64,000 nt of DNA, taken from the NCBI RefSeq assembly GCF_006345805.1, contig NC_043023.1:17236001-17300000 (forward strand). The letters run 5' to 3'. The notes under the pieces were generated by a model. That model searched no databases, was not told the origin of the DNA, and saw only the letters and a program-made list of their open reading frames with translations. This stretch comes from Octopus sinensis (lineage: Eukaryota). The translations under genes and the position numbers were made by a program. This document shows positions 54,278 through 64,000 of the stretch, piece after piece (within the stretch, counting starts at the first letter, position 1; the number at the start of each line of letters is the position of its first letter).

Positions 54278-56908
54278 CTAGCAGTATCGCCCGGCGTTGC
54301 TCGGGTTTGTAAGGGAAATAACTATATAAGCATTTTTAGAGAGTTATAGCCAAAAAATAGCAAAAAAATGCATTAAAAATTGAAAAAAAATTAAGGTAAA
54401 TTTTGTTTAAAAATCGTTGACACATCGTAGATATTTTTTAGAGAGTTACTTCCCTTATATAAAAGCGAAAAAAATGCATTAAAATGGAAAAATATGATGG
54501 TAATTTTTTTTTAAATCGTAGACTCATCGTAGACGCGCGCTAATACCCAGAAGGGCTCGATATGAATCACGACTATAAGATACCCGCTTTTGGTTAAACT
54601 GCACCGCAAAATGTGGGAGTAGTTGTGTGTCTGTCTCGTAGGAGACAGACACACAACTTCACTCTTATATAAAGATGCTTTTTTTTTTCAGTCATAGAGT
54701 TAGATTTATGAAGGTCTTCAGTAGAAAATCCTTCGAATTCTGACTCGCTGCTTGATATAATGAAATTCGTATCCATTTTTTGTCAGAATTACAAATTTTG
54801 AAAACACAATAGGAACAAATTTCGGAAAAAAATCTCCCATAATTCACGGAATTAAAATTACACTTCGATTTTTGTACAAAACTGTATTTGAAGTGTTTAC
54901 GAAGTATAATACGTGTTTTCACGAATGTACTAAAGAGATTTACTCTGATATTCTCATTTAAATATGAATAGGTAAATTCGGGCGGTATGGTAACGAAAGG
55001 GTTTATATAAGTGTCGTCTGTTTATACATAAACACTGTTTCATACTTTCAGTACTGTGTGTGTGCGTTTGCGTGTGCTGTAAACCAGACTAAGAAAAGCA
55101 TTTGACACACACACCAGAATGTGAGTTTTCTGTAAATTTTGCTTAATTGGAGTTTAAATTTTAAAAACTGGACCTGGCATGACCCGATGCGTTCTACTCT
55201 TAAAAATGCTAGGTAAATTGTAATTGAAGAAATCCTATATTGTAGATTTCTATAACTCCCAAAGGGAGGCAGATAAAATCTGCCTTTTATAATAAGAGAT
55301 ATATATACACACACATACGTAAATTCATATCTATATGTATGTACTAGCAGTATCGCCCGGCGTTGCTCGGGTTTGTAAGGGAAATAACTATATAAGCATT
55401 TTTAGAGAGTTATAGCCAAAAAATAGCAAAAAAATGCATTAAAAATTTAAAAAAATTAAGGTAAATTTTTTTTTAAATCGTTGACACATCGTAGATATTT
55501 TTAGAGAGTTACTTCCCTTATATAAAAGCGAAAAAAATGCATTAAAATGGAAAAATATGATGGTAAATTTTTTTAAAATCGTAGACTCATCGTAGACGCA
55601 CGCTAATACCCAGAAGGGCTCGATATGAATCACGACTATAAAATACCCGCTTTTGGTTAAACTGCACCGCAAAATGTGGGAGTAGTTAGGAATCTAAATC
55701 GTAGGAGACAGACACACAACTTCACTCTTATATAAAGATGCTTTTTTTTTTCAGTCATAGAGTTAGATTTATGAAGGTCTTCAGTAGAAAATCCTTCGAA
55801 TTCTGACTCGCTGCTTGATATAATGAAATTCGTATCCATTTTTTGTCAGAATTACAAATTTTGAAAACACAATAGGAACAAATTTCGGAAAAAAATCTCC
55901 CATAATTCACGGAATTAAAATTACACTTCGATTTTTGTACAAAACTGTAGTTGAAGTGTTTACGAAGTATAATACGTGTTTTCACGAATGTACTAAAGAG
56001 ATTTGCTCTGATATTCTCATTTAAATATGAATAGGTAAATTCGGGCGGCTTGGTAACTATATATAAGTGTCGTCTGTTTATACATAAACACTGTTTCATA
56101 CTGCAATTATATATACATATATCTATATATAATATTATATAATAAAATATATACAGAGTAAAATAAAAACTAATTTACCTTTTCTGTCCGTCCGTGTGTC
56201 TTTGCAAATGTGTTGGAATGATAAGTGAGTTGAGTTTTGGCGCCTTTTTTACTAATAACAAACACACACGTGTTTGTATGTAGTTGTATGTGTATGTAGT
56301 TGTATGTAGTTGTATATGTATGTGTATGCGTGTGTGTGAGGAATGTCACACACACACTCACGCACGCACACATGTACATCAATGCTTTCGGAGTGATATG
56401 TTAAAATATTGAGTTTTCTCGAATTTTGTCTTAATTGGTGGTAAAATTGAAAGAAATTTTTTATGGCATCACCCACTGAAGTACTCTGAAAAATCTTAGG
56501 TAAATTCTAATTAAAGAAATTGTGTGAGGAGTAAATGGTTATGTATTTATTTGTTTCTGTTTGCTGTGTTTTTTTATTTTTTGAGTAGTGGTTTAAATAC
56601 TTTCAGTTTAGTCTTCCTCAAATCACTCTGTCGCTATTTACTTTCATTTTATTCGTTGCACACTGTGTGTGTGCGTTTGCGTGTGGTGTAAACCAGACTA
56701 AGAAAAGCATTTGACACACACACCAGAATGTGAGTTTTCTGTAAATTTTGCTTAATTGGAGTTTAAATTTTAAAAACTGGACCTGGCATGACGCGATGCA
56801 TTCTACTCTTTAAAATGCTAGGTAAATTGTAATTGAAGAAATCCTATATTGTAGATTTCTATAACTCCCAAAGGGAGGCAGATAAAATCTGCCTTTTATA
56901 ATAAGAGA
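54278..56908 (-). mobile_element. tandem (2-unit) non-autonomous Helitron insertion
   Basis: Units 54278-55299 and 55344-56908, each TC...hairpin-CTAG on the minus strand. Flanks TTCTTAAA|TTATCAGAAC are contiguous at the empty site 3105/3106. Confidence 0.92.
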
Positions 56909-57972
56909 TTATCAGAACAAAGAGAATAGGAATAAATAAAAGAAAGCTTGTTTATCGAGACTAGGAAAAGGGAACATTAAAAGGCAGAAGCTTATTGTTT
57001 GCAGTGGGACACGTCGATTTTGCAACTAAAAGTGAAGTTTCCTTAACAAACTCTGTAACATTCATGATCCTTAAAGGTAAGTGAATTAATAATATTAAGA
57101 ATGAAAAGAGAGATAATTACTGAAATTGTTTTTATAATCCTATGATATAAAATACTGTAGCTGACTTGTGCTTTTATTACACTCGGTTTACCATTTTCAT
57201 TTTCCACTTCCGATGAGAATGGAAAGGACGGAGATGGATTTGTAGAAATCATGGATCGACTGATCAACTATCCTTTCTACTCTGTCTTGAAACTTAACGT
57301 TCTGATTTCGAATTCTGCCGTTATTTAGGATTTAATGTAGATAGACAGATTTAAAATAAAGGAATAGAGATGAAAATAGGGTAATAAGTCTTAGGATAAG
57401 GATTAGCGAGCTGTTGAATATTAAAATAAATAACACTGGGCAAATTTTTTCTTGTCTGGTGCCTGGAATATTTCAATGAATTCCAAGTGATTTTGCCTGC
57501 TAAATTAGAAACTTACTCCAGTTTTTCTTTATCAGGTCTGGTTTTCTGACTAGACCTGATAGAGTAAGTATTTTATTCATACAAGAGGCATAAAATATGA
57601 ATGAATAAAGAGAGATTATTACTGAAATTGTTTTTATTATTCTATAATCTACAATACTGTAGCTGACTTGTGCTTTCGTTACATTCGGTTTACAGTTATC
57701 ATTTCTCGTTTTCTCAGAGAACGGAAAGGACATGGATGGATTTGTAGAAATCATGAATCGACTGATAAAATATGTTTAGTATTCAGTCATGAAACTTTAC
57801 ATTTTGACTTCGAATCCCGCTGGGATTTAGGATTTAATTTGGATAGATTTCAAATAAATGAATTGAAATATAAATAGGGTAATGATTCCTAGGGCAATAT
57901 TTACGGTGCTGTTATATAACAAATATAACTTTAGGTATTTCATTTAATAAAAATAATTATGAAACAATTATA

Positions 57973-58137
57973 GGCGTAGGAGTGGCTGTGTGGTAAGTAG
58001 CTTGCTTACCAACCGCATGGTTCCGAGTTCAATCCCACTGCGTGACACCTTGGGCAAGTGTCTTCTGCTATAGCCTCGGGCCGACTAAAGCCATGTGAGT
58101 GGATTTGTTTGACGGAAACTGATAGAAGCCCGTCGTA

Positions 58138-58188
<51 letters not shown>

Positions 58189-58244
58189 CATATATATATA
58201 TGAGTGTATATATATATGAGTGTATATATATACATATATATATA

Positions 58245-58282
<38 letters not shown>

Positions 58283-58547
58283 GTATACATATATATGTGT
58301 GTGTGTGTGTGTGTATGAGCGTGTGTGCGTGTTTGTGTGTCTGTGTTTGTCCTCCCAACAACGCTTGACGACCGATGCTGGTGTGTTTATGTCCCCGTAA
58401 CTTAGAGGTTCGGCAAAAGAGACCGATAGAACAAGTACTAGGCTTACAAAGAATAAGTCCTGGGGTCGATTTGTTTGAGTAAAGGCGGTGCTCCAGCATG
58501 GCCGCAGTCAAATGAGTGAAACAAGTAAAAGAGTAAAAGAGTAAAAG
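57973..58547 (+). mobile_element. tRNA-derived SINE
   Basis: Paralog of 10540-10999. Confidence 0.8.
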
Positions 58548-58984
58548 AAAGACTTTTCTGATTTCTCTCAGAAAGGTCTCAAGCGACTTAGTCTGTTCAT
58601 TTCACCTTAAATCTCCAAACGGATGTTTCTCTTGCTTTCACTTTCACTTTCTCTATTTTGACAATTTCTTCTAAACTTATGAAAGACCTTTTCATTCCTT
58701 TAATGATTTAAATCCACATCCCTGTCTACAATTCTTTCCTCATTCATTGACTCAATCTTTTTTCGTATTTCTCAACGTATTCAAGATGGTTATTCTTGAA
58801 CGCTTTAAAACATATGACATATGAGGTCGTGGTTAAAGTCGATAAAAATAACAGCTAATCAGGCCTTAAATCCCGCACCAAAATATATTTTCCATCGTTT
58901 TTAGTTGATCGGATGAATTTCCGTGTATAAATTCGCCAAAATTATTTTTAAATTCCCCAAAATGAAAAAAACGTTATGAGGGGT

Positions 58985-59017
<33 letters not shown>

Positions 59018-59086
59018 GTGTATTTGTCTGCGTGTGTGTGTGTGTGTGTATATGTGACTATATATATGTATAATATATATATATGT

Positions 59087-59378
59087 GGAGGCGCAATGGC
59101 CTAGTGGTTAGGGCAGCGGACTCGCGGTCGTAGGATCGCGGTTTCGATTCCCAGACCGGGCGTTGTGAATGTTTATTGAGCGAAAACGAGGCTCCGGTAG
59201 AGTGGTGGTGGGGATCCCTGCTGTACTCTTTCGCCACAACTTTCTCGCACTCTTTCTACTGTTGGCCTACTCGCTTAGCCAGTGGGGTGGCGTCATTTGA
59301 AGGCTAAAACAATACGCATTGTGACCAGCGATGTGTAACAACATCTGATAGCCTGGTCGGTCACGGTGATCACGGTGA
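59087..59378 (+). mobile_element. tRNA-derived SINE
   Basis: Same family as 18369-18660; absent from the paralogous microsatellite at ~11450-11640. Confidence 0.82.
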
Positions 59379-59489
59379 TATATATATATATATACATATA
59401 TCTGTGTATGTGTGTGTGTAGATAGATAGATAGATAAATAGATAGAGATAGAGATATAGATATATATAAGAACACACACACATACACGC

Positions 59490-59561
<72 letters not shown>

Positions 59562-59677
59562 CCAACATTTGTTTTAGCTATGTCTAAGTTCCTGTAACAT
59601 AGCAGTTCGGCAAATAGCTCGGAAGGAATAAGTGGTATTCTCGAGAAAGAGAAATACTGGAGTCGGTCTGCATATTC

Positions 59678-59708
<31 letters not shown>

Positions 59709-59741
59709 CATACATACATACATACATACATACATACATAC

Positions 59742-59777
<36 letters not shown>

Positions 59778-59832
59778 TAATACTATTATCATTATTATTA
59801 TTATTAATATTATTATTATTATTATTATTATT

Positions 59833-60372
59833 GAGTGAGAGAGCAGTTCATGCCATGAAAGTGATACTGGGGTAAAATATACGAAGCGCAATATACCCAT
59901 CATGACTACCCGTCTGATAAGGGTACACCAGGTACATGCATCACAACCATATGTGCGCGACATGGTGATCTCATATCAAGATAAACATCACATGACCTTG
60001 TAGGTGGGGCCCAGTTAGAATTTTCTTCAGGTTGAGTAGCCGATTCCGCTCAAAAGGTCCCTGAATAAGGATTGTTTAAGGATGTTGAAAGAACCACCCA
60101 AGTTTCCAGAGGTGAATTATTCAAACCCCAAAGAATCCCTCTCAACACATGGCTATGTTGCTCCCCCACTACTTCTGCCACTACGTCAGCCACTAAGGGA
60201 CATGCTCAACTGGTTAATGTCAAACAACTGACAAGCAAATCTGTAGTATTCAGCAGAATATTTGCTGTAGCCCATCATTTATACCGAGAAAAAACAATGT
60301 ACATGATAAAACTTCCAATCAATTAAGATCAGAAGCCATGAGAGCCACTGCCTGGTACTGCATCAGGGCATT
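59833..60372 (-). mobile_element. non-coding interspersed element in (TTA)n
   Basis: Homologous to 22485-22925; (TTA)n on both sides. Confidence 0.65.
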
Positions 60373-60383
60373 TATTATTGTTA

Positions 60384-60443
<60 letters not shown>

Positions 60444-61085
60444 GATAGCAGAACCTTTTGTTGCCCATGTTCTACACGATCGTTGTTGTTGACTTTACAG
60501 TATCGGATTTGAATCGAAATATTTTGGTACATTGTAATGTAAGAAATCAAACAATTGACCTGTCCGTCGTAGCGTTTTTAACTGACCACAATGCTAACAC
60601 TCTGGCACATTTTACAATATAAAAACCGGCGTTAAATTTTCTTATTTCAGAGTTTATCTTTTTCATTAGCATATACCATTGTTCAGCTCGGAAATGCAAA
60701 ATATTTATCACATATATACATATACACATTCGCATCATTTTTATCCCTTCTTATGCTTAATATATTTTCTGAAACATTCTGTAGCACACAAAGACAAGTT
60801 TATGTTTTTGCTTTCCCAATGTAATATTCAAAGAGTGATTATTCTATGTTGTTTCTTTGTTGTTGTAATTTTTCTCTGTAACTCATTTATTTATTTTATT
60901 GTTCTTATATAAAATATTTTTTATCTGAGAAAAAGACTCGTCTGTCATATTTCTGAAACACTTCTCTTCTCTATATCAACGACAAGATACAACATTAATG
61001 TTAAAGTGGTGACTCCACCGTAAGCAATCTTATTTGGCAACTGACCGAACCAACGCTTAAAAAAGCTTCTACAAACCTTTTAAGG

Positions 61086-61466
61086 TTTGTGATCTATACA
61101 ACCATTCACCCGATCCTCTCTCTCTGTGAGCTGGTTGAATCCTTAGCACGCCGGGCGAAATACTTAGCGATATTTCATCTGTCGCTACGTTGTGAGTTCA
61201 ATTTCCGCCGAGGTCGACTTGGCCTTTTATTCTTTCGGAGTCGATGAAATAAGTATCAGTTGAATACTGGGGTCGAAGTTATCGACTATCCTCCATCTCC
61301 CAACTTTCAGGCCCTGTGCCTATAGTAGAAAAGGATTATAATTACTATGAAGGATAAGGTAGCGAGCTGGGAAGGTCTGTGTGTGTGTGTCTGTGTGTGT
61401 GCACGTGTACGCGCGCGTGTGTATTTATGCGTGTATATGTATAGGCGACAACCCTAAATACATACA

Positions 61467-61564
<98 letters not shown>

Positions 61565-61640
61565 ATAATATATAAATACGCATGTATGTATGTGTGTATT
61601 ATTTATGTATGTATTCATGTATAAAAAGTTTAATATACTT
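61086..61640 (+). repeat. direct repeat (copy at 63471-64000)
   Basis: TTTGTGATCTATACAACCATTCACCCG...AAAAGTTTAATATACTTT is nearly identical in both copies and includes a SINE body. Confidence 0.85.
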
Positions 61641-61769
61641 TTTGATAGTTATATATATTTAATAATAATAATAAATAATAATAATATGAAATATAAAAAA
61701 TAAAAAAAAATATAAATACATATATATATATATATATAAATTTATAAATATGAATTAATAAAACTTAGA

Positions 61770-62670
61770 TGAAACTTTGATATGTTTCGACCAATGATTG
61801 GTCCAGGCCATGTCTAACTTAATAGCACCACCTGATGGGATTATTTGAATCCAGTTTAAGTCAAGTTTTGTTTATGGTCCATTCAAGTTGTGAGTTTTTG
61901 TTGGGTGAGTTGTATCCAATTATGGGTGGCTTATCTGGTATTCCTTGATGGAATCTATCCAGACTCCGTTTAAAGTTGATGGGATCCTTTTCCTCTTTGA
62001 TCCCTTTCGGGACAATGTTAAATAGGGCAGGGCCTGTTGAGGAAAAGAAATTATGTTGTAGTGTACATGTATGCTGTGATCTTGAATTGAGCAGGGGACG
62101 TATGGCCCGTGGTCCCAGTCTTGGATGAACATTGAAGCTAATGTTAAGTTCGTTTGGGCAAAGTTGGCGGTATATTCTCCACATCGTACAAATTATGTAC
62201 CGCTCACGGCGACGCTGGAGAGAGTAAAGTTTCAAGGCTTTAAGGCGATCCAAATAATCGAGAGCAGCCATGCCTTCAATTCGTTTAGTGAGTACCCTCT
62301 GAGGTGACTCAATCCTGGAGATGTTTTGTCCTGTATGGGGAGACCACAGTGGGCAGCAATATTCGAGGTGTGGCCGAACAAAGGAGGAGAAAAGTGGTAT
62401 GATGACACCTTGTTCTCTGGGCTGGAAAGTTCTTAAGATCCAGGAACTCATCCTACGAGCTATATCGACCTTCTTCTTGATGTGTGCACTCCAACTGAGA
62501 TCATCATCAACAATTACACCCAGATCTCTGATATCGTTAGAGGCTGTGAGCGGTTCCCCTGAAGGAAGAGAGTATGGCTGTTTTAGTGAGGAATTTCTTC
62601 CAAAATGCATCAGCTCAAATTTTCCCTCATTCAGTTGCATTTTGTTTCTGTCTGCCCATTGACTCACAGC
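61770..62670 (-). mobile_element. 5'-truncated CR1/L2-group LINE
   Basis: RDLGVIVD, RPHLEYCCPLWSP and LKLYSLQRRRERY in an open 268-aa frame, followed by a short 3' UTR. Confidence 0.85.
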
Positions 62671-62842
62671 ATATATAATAATTTAAAATTTTTAACTTTA
62701 AATTTAAATAATTTAAATTTTGAAATTTATATTTTATATTTTGTATATTATATTAATTAATTTTATTTCTATGTTTTGGTTTATGTTTTTCACTGTTTGA
62801 TTTGCCTAATAGTGGTTTTATCTCTAATTTAATTTATATAAA

Positions 62843-62904
<62 letters not shown>

Positions 62905-63850
62905 TTATATATGTATATATATATATATATAAACGCATAACTACACACACACACGTGTACACGTCCACACACACCATCCTCATTAAAATGATACATCTGC
63001 AATCGCATGAAAAAATCACAAATGAAATGAATTTTAACGATAGGAAAAAAGCCTCATTAATTTAGAAAAGTAACAAGTTCGAACACGAAATATTCGTGAA
63101 GTCTTTACAACGCTGAGGCATAATCACTTTGAAAGAATAAATTGAAAATATTAATCAATAATATCCGGCTGCTGATTGTGATAAACATCCTTGAGTCTAT
63201 TCAATATGTAGTCAACCGTGATTTATTTGTTGAAAGTATATTTTCTATCTTTCATCTTAAGTAGACATGTTTTCCGTGGATTATTATATAGTCAAGTTCT
63301 TAGTATCGATTAGTATCCAGAAGTGATAAGATACTCACAATCAGGGAAAATGATTATTGTTTTATTGAATATTAAAATATAATCCCAACGTTTATAATTT
63401 TTTTCCTCAGTGAATGTGCGTTGCTTAGGGGTCAGGATTTTCACTCACGATCCTCTGAATGTGCGATCGATTTGTGATCTATACAACCATTCACCCGACC
63501 CTCTCTCTCTGTGAGCTGGTTGAATCGTTAGCACGCCGGGCGAAATACTTAGCGATATTTCATCTGTCGCTACGTTGTGAGTTCAAATTCCGCCGAGGTC
63601 GACTTGGCCTTTTATTCTTTCGGGGTCGATGAAATAAGTACCAGTTGAATACTGGGGTCGAAGTAATCGACTATCCTCCATCTCCCAACTTTCAGGCCCT
63701 GTGCCTATAGTAGAAAAGGATTATAATTACTATGAAGGATAAGGTAGCGAGCTGGGAGGGTGTGTGTGTGTCTGTGTGTGTGCACGTGTACGCGCGCGTG
63801 TGTATTTATGCGTGTATATGTATAGGCGACAACCCTACATACATACATGA

Positions 63851-63924
<74 letters not shown>

Positions 63925-64000
63925 TATATATATATAAATACGCATGTATGTATGTGTGTATTTATGTATGTATTCATGTATAAAAAGTTTAATATACTTT

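Overview
Eukaryotic, very AT- and microsatellite-rich DNA. The SINE families, LINE clades and (TA)n/(CATA)n/(TAA)n load resemble an Octopus (cephalopod) genome; that assignment is my inference. Most of the supplied ORFs are microsatellite artefacts. The window is a tandem segmental duplication with about three copies. Two copies carry an intact-looking 5-coding-exon gene on the + strand for a secreted PAN/apple-like protein (239 and 237 aa, about 87% identical, differences concentrated in the C-terminal domain). The third copy has lost the whole gene at a short microhomology junction. Because the copies are paralogous, several insertions can be compared with their empty sites: a near full-length RTE LINE, a tandem non-autonomous Helitron inserted at A|T with no target duplication, SINEs, and a 5'-intact but 3'-truncated RPL23a retrocopy joined to a foreign terminus. 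Several small non-coding Penelope-type foldback elements carry minimal hammerhead ribozyme motifs with compensatory G3-C8 or U3-A8 cores. Also present are a DD34D mariner with one nonsense codon, a ~116-bp satellite between Helitron ends, and relics of Dong/R4, CRE, RTE-X, CR1, Tc1 and Penelope GIY-YIG elements. All alignments and counts were done by eye.
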